From Fistulifera solaris (lineage: Eukaryota): DNA of 64,000 nucleotides. The notes beneath the pieces are model-generated. The model saw nothing but the letters and a program-made list of their open reading frames with translations, was not told where the DNA came from and did no database searches. Each line of letters starts with the position of its first letter. Position 1 is the first letter of the stretch. The stretch lies in assembly GCA_030295235.1 (NCBI GenBank), contig AP026144.1, forward strand, positions 186,001-250,000, in the 5' to 3' direction. Of this stretch, positions 26,136 through 37,876 are shown in pieces. The position numbers were made by a program, and so were the translations under genes.

Positions 26136-26320
26136 CCTCGTACTGGAACGCTCATTTCGTTTGATGCAGGGTAAGAAAGCGACGCGCTTCACAGCTACTT
26201 AACAATACTTCATACTCCGTATTCTTTGATCCCATGTCTAACTAAGACCATTTCTATTAAGCTTTGTCCATTAGCATAAGTTTATTTTTACAAGGAAATC
26301 AGATCGAGTTCATAGCGTGT

Positions 26321-28118
26321 TCATGCTGCTGCGGGTTTGAACACCCCATATATTTTCTTTTGTCGATTTAACCGTCTTTGAATGCGCTTTCGTGCAACAC
26401 GGAATCGTCTTGAAAGATTAAGCCCACGACGAAAACGCCGCACTCGATCTAAAATCGATGTTTTCCATGTCAATCGTAATAGTTCTAGCACTCCTTGCCA
26501 CGGACGGAGAATTGGATCATTGTCGTCATCTTCGTATTGCAACGCCAATGTCGACGCAGCCTGCATTGCCGCCTCAGCGTCCACTTCACATCGGGCTTTT
26601 GATACGGAAGCAGCTGCAGCAAATAGAGCCGAAAGGGCCGGAAAGCCGGCAACCGCCACAGATTGCAGCAAAGTGGAGCCAAAAGTCCCCGTCGCAGCCA
26701 GAGATTCGAGAAAGGGTAATTCGACCAACGCTGCAGTGGCAGCCGCGCAAAAAACCGCTCAGGGCGGACGTGAAAGGCAAGATGGCCGAAGATCGAGCAC
26801 CTTGATTGGCATAGGTATCACAGACAGCCGCACTGCGTGCCTTGAGAGCGACCGCATCCGTAGCTCGCGCTATGTCTCCTTCGGCTCGGGCGAGATAGTA
26901 GGCCGATTGCACAGCCGCCAATGCAGCTACAACAATTGTTTTGGTGGGAAGTGCACCAGGGACCAACGATCCGAGAACCGGTGCTGGAAGCATCGATAAG
27001 CTAAAAATTTTCCAACGAGAGCTCAATGTCCTGCTTTTCCGCTCAATCATTTCCGAACTGGATAGCCACGACCGACCAACTAAACCAGAGCGTGCAAACC
27101 GTCTATTTCCTACTCCAATCGCTTGTCGACAAAACGAACCGCTTTCTTCAAATGCGAGACTGGCTACGGCTGCCGACAAAATTGCCACTAGCGGACAGAA
27201 CAAGTACACTTCGGTCGTTACTTGTACTGACGCCGAGAGCGAATCCAATAATACTGGTACCAGCAAAGCCAACGTCGCCGCAGTCGCCCCAATACCGACA
27301 CATAACGGTGTAATGGCTTTGGCACGTTCCGCTTGTGCCAGAAAACTCTCGGCTTCGGCCGCACATTGAATACAAGAAGCTGCAATTTCCTTTCCGTCGG
27401 CCACCGCAACACGACCCGTGTATTCGGCACCAATGCCAATCGCCGCCGTCAATGCCGCCGCCGAAGGAGCTAAGACCCCTGTGACATGTCCATTCAGTAA
27501 GAATGGTCCACTGGCCGCCGTAAGTACAGCACTCGACAACAAGGAAAACTCTAACATGGAAAGTTGCGGCTTTTGTCCGGCCAGTCGATCCAACTGTTGC
27601 ACTGCAAGGTCAAAGTTCCGTCACTTGTAATGTGAGCATTGGAGCATTGTAAAAGAAACAACAATACACAGCACTATTCATTTGAGCACTTACTATCTTG
27701 TTCCAAATTCGCCAAAGCCTCCCACACTTGTCGTTCTTTAACAGGATTTTTGATTGATATAATTTTTATACTTGTCGGGCAATTCCGAATTCTGTACCGC
27801 AAACGACTCTTGATATTCCAATAATTGTCGTCTCTGATTATTAATGACTGAACCGCCAATACCGTCAACTTGAAACGCCGATGAAGCACTTTTGATACTA
27901 CTCCGTCGATTCCGTGATTGCTCAAATTCTCCTTCTTTCCCCGCAACACGAGACCCTAGCCATTGCACTCGACTGAGAGCATTGTCTCCAACATCTGCTG
28001 CAAATGAAACGATGGAAGACAGTAGCCCAGGAGTAGAGGCAGCAGCATTCATTTTCATGGAAAGTGCCGATGCCGATGGAGAAAAAAACGTCGATACGAG
28101 GACGGTGGCAATCAGCAT
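26321..28118 (-). CDS. Ala-rich multi-pass membrane protein with bipartite plastid-type signal (intron 27602..27693, two frameshifts)
   Basis: MLIATVLVSTFFSPSASA-LSM signal-like start; GTAAGT/TTGCAG intron; extra bases in runs near 27750 and 26750 rejoin the ORFs. Function unknown. Confidence 0.65.
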
Positions 28119-28877
28119 GTTGCTGTGTCGTATCCGTCGCTTTAATTCTTCCTGATGCCTTGACATTTTAGTATGATTAATCTATGATATCTTTTTGATT
28201 ATAAAGGAACGTTACGATGCAGAGATGGAGCGTTGTTATCTTCCTATTGTGATGAATATATAATACGTTATGTTTCGTTGGTCTGCGTCTTGTTTTCCGC
28301 AGTCACCAAAAAAATCGTTCATCCAAGAATTTCGCAGTGAAAGTGGCTGTGCATACGTCATCGGCCTCCATCGCATCAGTATCTCTCGTAATTGTGCGTC
28401 AGGACCCTTGTCAGGACCAGGACGAAACGCGGCACGTTTGTGTACAATGTCGCAGTGGTGATGATTTCTCATCGACTATACTTTCCTTTCTCCGCGACTG
28501 CTGTTCAGTGTTCAGTCATGAATAAGCTCCTTTGCGAGACATCTTGCCACAAGAAAGCCATTCCTATTCGTTGTGCTAGTTTCGTTTGTTACAGTAACCA
28601 TTACAGCAATAATATTTTTTTTAGCTTCAGTAAAGCACGCGTGAGGATGATAAAAAAACAATATATTATTATTCCTCTTAATGTCGAAACTTTTGGAGTA
28701 TTAAAGGATGATGTTTGAATTCACTGTCAAAACTCTGAATATCCCTAACCCTTTTGTATATCGGTTAGGGTGTTTTATTGTTGCATTTTTTGGCGTGCTC
28801 ATTCTTTTTTTTTTTCTTCTTGTTGCAGTTGAAGAAATCGTATTTCTCTCGTTTTTTAGTAGTAATTTTGATGCAAA

Positions 28878-30089
28878 ATGACAACCATGTCATGGTTCTG
28901 GATCCTTCCACCGGCATTAGCGCTGATTTATTCCTGGACCGCGGAACTCTTTTTGTTTCTGTGGTGGGAAAGCACATTCCTTCGCAAAGGCGCCATAACA
29001 CAACGACTCGTCGTGACCATCGCTTGTGTCGCAACCATTTTGGCTCCTCAACACGATCATCAAGCCCTGCTTGTGGTGAAAATCAGTATTCTACTCATAT
29101 CACTTTACTTTCTGTACGATACACGGACACAAGTGGTGCAAGGCGGTCCGCCTCCTCCTTTCCACACCCCGAGTTCCTCATCGTCACGCGTCATTGTCAT
29201 TACGGGTGCCAATACGGGCATTGGCAAAGAAACAGCACGACTCCTGGCGTCAGAACATACCACAATCATTATAGCGTGTCGAAGTGTCGTCAAAGCACAA
29301 CAGGCGGTCGATGACATTCGTCAACAAATATTGAAAGCCCGTATCGAATGTGTCGAAATGGATCTAAGTTCATTGACATCGGTGCGAAACGCAGCACGGC
29401 AGTTGCAACAGAAATATCCCGTCATTGATGTGTTGATTAACAATGCGGGTCTCATGCATGCTCAATACGAGTTGACTCAAGATGGATACGAACAGGTATT
29501 TCAAGTCAATCATTTGGGACATTATTTGTGGACCAGATTGCTACTGCCATCGGTACTCCGATCACCCAATCCCAAAATCATCAATGTCACCAGTAGTACT
29601 TACATTTTGGGCACACGAGAAAAATCGCAAAACAACACGACGGTTTTTCCATTTCACGATCTACAATGCAATCAAGGACGTGCCTATACCTTGTTTGGAC
29701 AATACGGTGTCTCCAAATTGGCCAATATCTATTTTACCATGTCGTTGGCACAGAAATATACCAACATTCAATGTTGTGCGGTACATCCTGGCTTGGTACG
29801 AACCGATGTCGTCCGCAACATGCCGTGGTATTTGCGTTATCCGAATCAAATCTTTGGTTGGTTGATCCAAGCCTTACAAAAAACACCCACCCAAGGTGCG
29901 TGGGGGACCGTACATGCTACCAATATGAATGTGCAATCGGGATTGTATTGGGTGAATCGTAAACCACAGCCGTTGCGAGGTGTTACACCGATCCAAGTAT
30001 CGGAAGAAGCCGAGCAATTGTGGATGGAATCCGCGAAATTAGTCCAGCTTCCTCCCCAAGATAATGTCGGTTTAGCATCGAAGCAATAA
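28878..30089 (+). CDS. Short-chain dehydrogenase/reductase, retinol-dehydrogenase-like, with N-terminal TM helices
   Basis: TGANTGIG, IACRS, MDLSSL, LINNAG, NHLGH, catalytic YGVSK, VHPGLVRT. Confidence 0.92.
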   Translation: MTTMSWFWILPPALALIYSWTAELFLFLWWESTFLRKGAITQRLVVTIACVATILAPQHDHQALLVVKISILLISLYFLYDTRTQVVQGGPPPPFHTPSSSSSRVIVITGANTGIGKETARLLASEHTTIIIACRSVVKAQQAVDDIRQQILKARIECVEMDLSSLTSVRNAARQLQQKYPVIDVLINNAGLMHAQYELTQDGYEQVFQVNHLGHYLWTRLLLPSVLRSPNPKIINVTSSTYILGTREKSQNNTTVFPFHDLQCNQGRAYTLFGQYGVSKLANIYFTMSLAQKYTNIQCCAVHPGLVRTDVVRNMPWYLRYPNQIFGWLIQALQKTPTQGAWGTVHATNMNVQSGLYWVNRKPQPLRGVTPIQVSEEAEQLWMESAKLVQLPPQDNVGLASKQ

Positions 30090-30212
30090 TAAACAACCAG
30101 CACATTTTATGCGTAACGAACAATAGCTGAGAATTTTCTTCGCTTAACATCTTATATATCTATTTGTCGTGGTGGCTCTTTTTTTCCTTGTTTGATTCCC
30201 TGACATATGCTT

Positions 30213-31520
30213 TTACTTGCGGGGCTTACGACCCACCATGAGGTACATGGCCGTAAACAAACCTTCCTTTCCGGCATCCCGCAAGGCAAATCCACCGGCT
30301 TGTAAGACTTTTTGTGTCTTGATGGTACCTTTGGGTGCCAACCAGAAGAATTCCAAACTGTAAATCATGATATTGGTGAGAATGGCTCCCAACCAATTGA
30401 ATTGGAATCGCTGCGAAAGCGGATTCCACGACGGCAGGAGGGGCGTGTACCACACTTGGACGTTGGGAGTGAGAGCGAGATCTTTCTCCACAATGGGTTC
30501 GAAACCCGCCGCTTGCAGGGCTTCCCAACACACCGTCGTGGTGGTAATATCCGGTAGACCGTTGCCCAATTCAATATCCCGTTTCATGCGGACGTGTTCC
30601 GCATTGTTGGGATCGAAGCGGTCGGTCAAACACCACTCATAACAGGCAAAGACGGCTCCCGGCTTGAGTTTGTCATAAATCTGTTGGTAACAAGCCACAC
30701 GATCGGGAGCATGACACGTCGCTTCAATCGCGTAGGCCCCATCAAAGGTTTCATTTTCAAACGGCAGTTGCATAAAGTCTCCTTGTACTGAAGTCGCGCG
30801 ATGACTCAATCCCGTTTTTTGATTGAGTTCATTCCCACGCTGCACTTGATAGGGATTGAGTGTAATACCGGTGATTTTGGCAGCCACAAATTGACACAAG
30901 TTGCGCATCGGACCACCAACGCCACAACCGACATCCAGAATGTGCGTGGACGGATCACTCAAACAACGCGATCCGAGATGCGCAGCGAGTTGATACTCGT
31001 GTCGTTGGATCGACTGGTGAAAGGATTCTTTGGGGTATTGATAGGAAAAGTGAAAGGAACTGCCCCATCCCCATTCATAAAAAGACGGTAGCCAAGTCGT
31101 AATAGGAATTGACTAACGAACTGTACTGTTCGTTGCGTTCGTTGGTGGAGGTAGTAGTAGAATGCAATTCGTTGTACTTGTCGACGCTGTTGTTGACGGA
31201 TTCACCGGAAGTGAGTCGTTTTTCCTGAAGGAATCAAGAAAGAAAAAATGAGTGATTGATTGAGTGAGTGAGCGAGTGAGTGAGTGTTTTAGATGGATAC
31301 AAAGTACAACAAGGAGTAAAAGAGATCATTATTTTTGACTCACATGAGCCGAAAGTTGACGCCAGAATGTAAAACAACGTCCGATGGGATCGGCGGAAGT
31401 AAAGAGTTGTACCGCCATGACACTTCCGATCACAACTCCTCCGGCTGCCAAAACGGGCGTCGAATCAACTTCCAACAATAAGTTCATCAACGATGCTTTC
31501 GTTTCTTTGAAGCTCTTCAT
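30213..31520 (-). CDS. SMT1: Sterol 24-C-methyltransferase; join(31520..31344,31224..30213) with one extra base at 31079-31083
   Basis: [71 protein letters not shown]/TTCAG intron containing a GAGT-type microsatellite. Confidence 0.93.
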
Positions 31521-31709
31521 TTTAACGAATGTATGCAGCAACTATGTCAATAAAGAAAAGCGTCAATTACAGTTTCTTGAACTTCCTTGTGTTGAGACGA
31601 CTCCTCGTTTTATTTCAATCAATCAAAACAGACAACGGCTGCTGCATGCTATGGGCTATGGGGTACTTGATAAAAAAAGCGTTCGTCATTGCCGAGAGGG
31701 AGAGGATCC

Positions 31710-31801
31710 CCACATTTTCTGGACACGTGAAAACACCACATGTCCACATTTTCTGGGTACGTGAAAACACCACATGCCCACATCTTCTGGGTACGTGAAA
31801 A
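31710..31801. repeat. 34-bp tandem repeat (2.7 copies) in a divergent promoter
   Basis: CCACATTTTCTGG(AC/GT)ACGTGAAAACACCACATG(T/C) units at 31710, 31744 and 31778. Confidence 0.9.
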
Positions 31802-32076
31802 GAACAGACTATAGACCCAAAGTGTTGACCGTTTTTCGACAAGACTCAAGCTCAGTCCTGAGTATGAACAATGATGATGATTCTTCGCTAGTCGCTATTC
31901 CTACGTATCCGACTTATTCCGATCGGCGGACGCGGTGACATTTTCGCAAAACGACTTCGACCCTCGTTTCTCGTCCATAAAGTTCTTGCATGTTTAAAAA
32001 AAGTTATGCGAAAATATCATCCAGGACCTAACATTGAACCAATACATTTCATATAGATAATTAGACTTCACTTAGA

Positions 32077-33267
32077 ATGAATCATCGACGGGAACTTTCC
32101 GCTTCTCGCTCTTGTCATTATGCTATCCTCCGTGAACCGACCTTTGTCTCCAAATGCCGGCAGTCTCTCCTTCATGGCTCACGTCTTGGGTTGCTTGGTT
32201 TATTGCTGATTGCGTGCTGTTCAACTACAATTAGAGCGGCATCTTCGAGAACGACAACCACGGTATCCATAGTGCACGGAAGACACAACACAAAAGCCAT
32301 CACCTGCCAAAGTCGGTGGTGCTGTTCGTCTACAGTCAAACAAACGATACCGTCCCGACAATTACCCACAGACAACAAAAAGAACGTTCCGATTCTGGCG
32401 AAACCCTTCTCGAAAGCTTGGTGGTGGTATCATGTACGTGTCGGATGGTCCGGGGGCATTGCCGGGGCCGTCGGCACCACCTTGTTGTATCCGATCGATT
32501 CGGCCAAAACATTGCGACAAGCGAATCCGGAACAATTTCCTAGTGTCTGGGCGGCCTTGTGGTCGTCCCGTCAGTGGTATCGGGGCGTCGTTCCGGCGGC
32601 CGTGGGTGCCATTCCGGCATCGGCCTTGTATTTCGGGGCCTATGAAGCCATGAAGTCGTTGCTATTGCAGGTCCAAGTGCAACGACAACCCGCCCACCAG
32701 CCACCGACGGTGTCGTCGCGACTCTTATTACACGCCAGTGCGGCTGCTTCCGGGAATATTTTGAGTAGTATGATCTTTGTACCGAAAGAATTCATCAAGC
32801 AGCAATTGCAATACGGATCATCTACGAGTATACAACATTGTTTGGCGCAGCATGGCTTGCGAGGCTTGTATCGGGGATATCAAGCGACCTTGCTACGCAA
32901 CATTCCTTCGGCGGCATTACGATTTGTTTTGTACGAAGAATTAAAGTATGCACTGTATACATCGAGAGGTGAAGAAGCCGTGGGTTCGTGGCGGTTGTTT
33001 GCGGCGGGAGCTGTGTCGGGAGCACTCGCCAGTGGCTTTCTCACACCCATGGATGTTCTCAAGACGCGCATGTCGGTAGGACAATGTCCGGTGGACCTGC
33101 CGGGTTGCTTCCATCATGTACTGGATACCGCCGGATGGACAGCTTTGTATGCGGGGGCTGGTTCGCGCATGTTGTTCTCGGGACTGTTTTCAGCAGCGGG
33201 TTTTGGTACTTTTGAAACAGTCAAGCGGTGGATGAAAGTCTCTTCACGCACAACGGTGCGTGAATAA
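32077..33267 (+). CDS. Mitochondrial carrier family protein, SAM-carrier (SAMC/Pet8)-like, with N-terminal extension
   Basis: Three carrier motifs PIDSAKT, PKEFIKQ and PMDVLKT; GLYRGY..TLLRNIP. The second motif PxExxKQ is typical of the SAM-carrier subfamily. Confidence 0.85.
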   Translation: MNHRRELSASRSCHYAILREPTFVSKCRQSLLHGSRLGLLGLLLIACCSTTIRAASSRTTTTVSIVHGRHNTKAITCQSRWCCSSTVKQTIPSRQLPTDNKKNVPILAKPFSKAWWWYHVRVGWSGGIAGAVGTTLLYPIDSAKTLRQANPEQFPSVWAALWSSRQWYRGVVPAAVGAIPASALYFGAYEAMKSLLLQVQVQRQPAHQPPTVSSRLLLHASAAASGNILSSMIFVPKEFIKQQLQYGSSTSIQHCLAQHGLRGLYRGYQATLLRNIPSAALRFVLYEELKYALYTSRGEEAVGSWRLFAAGAVSGALASGFLTPMDVLKTRMSVGQCPVDLPGCFHHVLDTAGWTALYAGAGSRMLFSGLFSAAGFGTFETVKRWMKVSSRTTVRE

Positions 33268-33770
33268 AAGGTGCAGAATGATATATTATTGGAGAACGAG
33301 TCGACTTGAAAGATTTCAAATTGAATTTCAAGGACGGAACGCCGTTTGGTGTTCAAGTAATTACATATGATAATGGAGTCAACAGGGCAGAGAACAGTCT
33401 GCTGCCGACCGTTATTCATAACAATCAAAGTCAACATGCAAAATGACATTAGCATTAGCTGACTACTCCTGATGCTGATATTTTCCTCAGAAACAGTTCT
33501 GCTACAACAATCGTCTTCGTTTTCACATTGCTACTCTCGTTCGCTCCTTTAATAGAATCCTCGATTTCATCCGACAGCACAAGTTAAACAAACTCACAAA
33601 ATACATCAACATGAATTGACAACAAAAGAGCGGAGCGACGAAAGTCTGCAGAAGCGCGATTCAACCAGGTATTTGCCGCCTGGAGTGGTCGCGTCGATTG
33701 TGACAGAACCCCAAGACCGTTCTAGCCCCGGTTGAAGTGATGGATAGTGTCAAGTTTATCTATCACTGAA

Positions 33771-34376
33771 TCACCTACGCAGACGGTGTTCGACAAATAA
33801 GTAACTGATATTTTCCGACTGTGGGAGAGCAAATCGTTTCTTTTCGAAATGAATAGTCTGGACCAGGCGCTTCCTTTTCAGCGTCTCCCCCTCCAAGTAT
33901 GAAGCTCCTGATGGTCCTTTAAACAATCTAAAAGTGCAGCGATGTGCGGGGTCCCAGCCCCAAGCTGAACCCGGGGGCACCCATACCTCCAAATGGCCTA
34001 AATCAGCAATTTACTGGAAAAAGGCAAGCATTGGTTCCGTCGGAAACGATTACCCATGAAATACACGGCAGTTTGCCCGACTACTCTGTCTAATTGCCCA
34101 TGGCTATTTCCATCCAAGTGTTTCTGCTATCATGGCGCATGTACACGATCAGCGACAACTCCACTCTAGAAATAGTACGAGAACGTCCAACCTCAACCGC
34201 ATCAGAACCTTCATAATCCTGCCAGATTGACACCTCACGTCCGTATTCCTCGAGCTTTTGCAAACTGGGTTTGCGAAGTCATTCCCAAGCTGCTTAGGAG
34301 GCACTTGCTCGGGTCTACAAAGAGAGGAAGGGATGATTCCGAATAAGGTGCAGCGAGCGGTGTTTGCATTCGACAT
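33771..34376 (-). pseudogene. Possible degenerate gene fragment
   Basis: Protein-like pieces across frames (TLFGIIP...PEQ, LRKPSLQKLEEYGREVSIWQD) with in-frame stops. Loosely recalls the N-terminus of the family at 62.6-64 kb; from memory only. Confidence 0.25.
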
Positions 34377-34663
34377 GGTTGAGTTTAAAGGAAAAGGAAA
34401 CAATGGAGAAACTGTGCGATGAGGCTTTGCACTTTTCGCAACCCAAGTTGCGAAAAAGGGAAAAATATGCGCGATCTTGGGCAAACTAAGTTCTGGTACT
34501 GGATCTTCTATGTTTTGGTACCGTGCAACGGGAATATGATTTTTCTAATTAGAAATTGTGAATCCGACATTGATGCATCATCGCGATCGCGGGTCTTTTA
34601 GCCCCCATTTCCCATTTTTATTTTATTTGTGACTTTTAAAAGAGAATAAATAAGTATCAAACT

Positions 34664-36008
34664 ATGACTAGTCTTTTTCCTCTCCTATTACTTGCTTCCA
34701 CACTTCCTTCAGCTGAGTCGGCTTTCGCGATATTTAATTCATCGGAGATTCATTCCTCATTGCGAACAGATGAGATGATTCTACAAAACGATATTCGAAT
34801 GACCAGGCTGTCCAATAATCAAATGATACCATTGATCGGATTTGGAGCTGGAAATGTGCCTCACTCCCATGTGGGAGCTCTCGTAGCGGATGCCATTCAA
34901 CCAGACAAGAAAATATATCTCATCGACACGGCTCGAGAAAGTAAGATTGAGGCCTTGATTTATCGTGACTGGTGCTCAACGTTTCAATACAGAAAAAGTC
35001 AAACCGGAAATACACGTCACTACGAAAGTGTGGTATACTCATTTGGGATATAACCGTACCAAGCTCGCTGTGGAAGATTCGTTAGAAGCTTTCCGAGACG
35101 CCCTGGAGAGTGATATGGTTGATCTCAAACTACACATCCAGCTGCATTATCCAAGGTGCTTTGAAAGTATCGAATGGATGGACTGCGACAGTGAGGAAGC
35201 AATTTTGCATACAAAGGTGAAACAAGTTGGTCCAGATCCTCGTCTGGATCCGAGAAACTCAGTGAAAGGTAGCTGGACGTACCTCGAAGACTTGTACCTC
35301 TCGGCGAACCACCCCGTGGCAAGTATCGGTGTTTCCAACTTTGCGCTCGCTGATTTAGAAGCAATGCACGAGTATGCTCGCGTCCAGCCGCATACTCTCA
35401 TGATCAGCATGTGGTCTATTTCGTACGATTCGCTGCTCGTTGAGCATTGTCGTCGGCACAACATACATATTCAGGTCTACAATGCGCTACAATCCACAAT
35501 GAAATCTCTTGAACATGTTGCGAAAGCGGTTCCGTCGCTAGCAATAACACCGGGTCAAGCGGTGATTTCTTGGCTCGTGGAACAAAACATATCCGTTTTT
35601 CCGCGGACCTCGAAAGTAAGTCGCCTATCGGAAAACTCTGCGACCACTATTGCTTCAATGCCCCCGTTGAGCCCAAAGCAGAGGGAAGACATCGAATTTG
35701 CTCTTCGACGAGGTTTTGGCGAAGATGACATAATTGAAGAGTTACTTATCCCACCCTCTGTTGATGTCGTCTCGTGGTTCCTGGCAATAGCTTGGCTCAT
35801 TGTGATTGGTGTTACGATCCGTGCACCCTCCGTATCTTCGTCGCCTAAGCCGTTGAAAGCGATGTCCAAGACAGGACGCAGAAAGCGTTTCAAACACAAG
35901 CGCCGGAATTGTGAGGCAGCATGTTCAAATTGGGCGATCGCAAATGTTATGTACTTCATGTGGAAGCAAATGAGGCTTTCAAAGATCCACTCGGGTCAAG
36001 AAGATTAA
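34664..36008 (+). CDS. Aldo-keto reductase family protein with signal peptide and C-terminal TM helix, one frameshift near 34960
   Basis: LSNNQMIPLIGFG, IDTA, VTTKVW, LHYP, SIGVSNF, IQVYNAL, FPRTS...RLSEN. Confidence 0.85.
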
Positions 36009-36278
36009 AGTAGGTTCGAAAAGCAAGAGACCGCCGCACTTACATAGCCTTATTTTGCATAATTTTGATCTCATCAATATGATTAACATGAACGGATAAA
36101 TGCTAAATGTCACTTATAATACATAATCAATCTGATGCGGAGCATCTTCGGCCATTAGAACTTGGAGCTCATGCTGCCTAATGGACAATCATGTCCAGTG
36201 CTTGCCAATTGGATGTATATTGTCTGATGACGAACCTTTAATAAGTCCTCTTCCCGTCTTTAATATACATTGCTTCAT

Positions 36279-37876
36279 TTATTTGTCCACGTTTGTTGTA
36301 GGTTCTTGAGCATCAACCTCAAGGCCGTCTTCTCCCTTGCCATCTGCTGCAACGCCACTATTCTTGCTACCCATGCTTTTGTCCACCAGAAATCCTACCA
36401 AAAGAAACCGCAGCCCCGCCGAGATGCGTTGTCCACAGTGGCGTAACTTTCCAGGAAAAATAACAGCATGCCCTCGCTGAACGTTAAGCGTTGCGTCAAG
36501 CGCTTCAAAATACGTTCCTCCGCCTTCGTAATCGATACCACATCCGTTCGAAAGCGCTATCAGAAATGTCCAATCTGACTTATCTGTGTGCATGTCTAGT
36601 TTCTGTCTCTCCTTTCGTGTCACATCATACTTGACCATGTGAGGTTCTCGGTCATCTAAGGAAAGTGACCGTGCCGAGGCGCCTGCAGCATTTTCAAAAA
36701 TAGCATTAACAACAGTATGAACCGCATCTTGGACGGCAGAAGCCAGAATAGGATATTCGCGACAACCCAGAGTCTGCTTTGCATATGTGTAGGCCGAATA
36801 CTGTCCGCTGCATACTTGTTCTGTCACTCGTACCAAGTGGTCGCATTCTTCATGCGATAGCCCTACATCGGCGACGTAAATACAATGTTCCTCTGACACG
36901 GTGACCCAATCGACAGCTATAAAGCATACGTATCGCACAGGTGAAACGAGGAACGTAAGGTGAGAGGCTGATTGTGTCGCAATGACAGGTTCTGAAAAAT
37001 CGTACCTTTCCTCCTTGGAGGCGAAGCGAGTATAGAGGCATGAAAATAACTATCGACGTGGCTCGGACCAATCACTCCGCTACTTCGACCCGTTGCAACA
37101 GACACAGTGTTAGCTATAGCGGTTTGGGTTCTAGTGGTATTTGGCGATGACGGGGCTGCAGTAGTTGTTGAAGGAGATGGTAAATTCTTGGATGATAGTG
37201 CATGTCGTGATGTCCGACCTGTAGACGGTTTATACGGCGATTGCTCCTGAAGTGGCTGGATAGCATGCAATGCTTGCCCTGTCAATTGTAACGGGGCATC
37301 TCGAGGCCAACGTACTGCATAAATGTGCCGTCCAGATACACCCTCTTCCGCCGACCGTATCGCATGACGGCGGACGACCAGTCGCGTATTGTAGGAGACG
37401 GTTTCTTCCGATGCCTTTTTCGAATAGTCCATCTCTACGGGAGTAATGCTCTGGACGCCTTGAAAAGGTGATTGCTCATTGCTTAGAATCGGTTCAGGAC
37501 ACCGTGTCAATTCTGACTCGACGATATTCGTTTGAATCCGTTTTCTCACCGTCACCACAGTATCCGAAGCCGTTCGTCCATATTTCTGCTGGTACTTGTA
37601 AAGTAAATGATCTTGACCAGCGTTGGAAGGATTCGATGATTCGAGTAATTTGAGTGAAATTTGCTGAAGATGGAAAAGAGGAGGGTCCGTTTTGAATATC
37701 CCGTGAGACGAAATTCTCGCGTGCGAATACGAATGATAGTTTTGAGAGCCAGAGGCAGTAAGTGTCAAGTTGTTTTTCTTTTTGCGTGACCTCCTCCGCT
37801 GACGGGGATCACTTTCAAGGGCGCCAGCTGGCGCATAATCGACTTGTTCGGTCGATTTGGAGCAAGAATGACCCAT
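36279..37876 (-). CDS. 2OG-Fe(II) oxygenase (prolyl/lysyl hydroxylase-like) with long N-terminal extension; join(37876..37006,36916..36279)
   Basis: GT-AG intron 36917..37005 joins the frames. MVKY, HTD, YEGGGTYF, FPGKLRHCG..I..GLRFLLVGF (HxD...H...R). Start MGHSCS. Confidence 0.85.
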
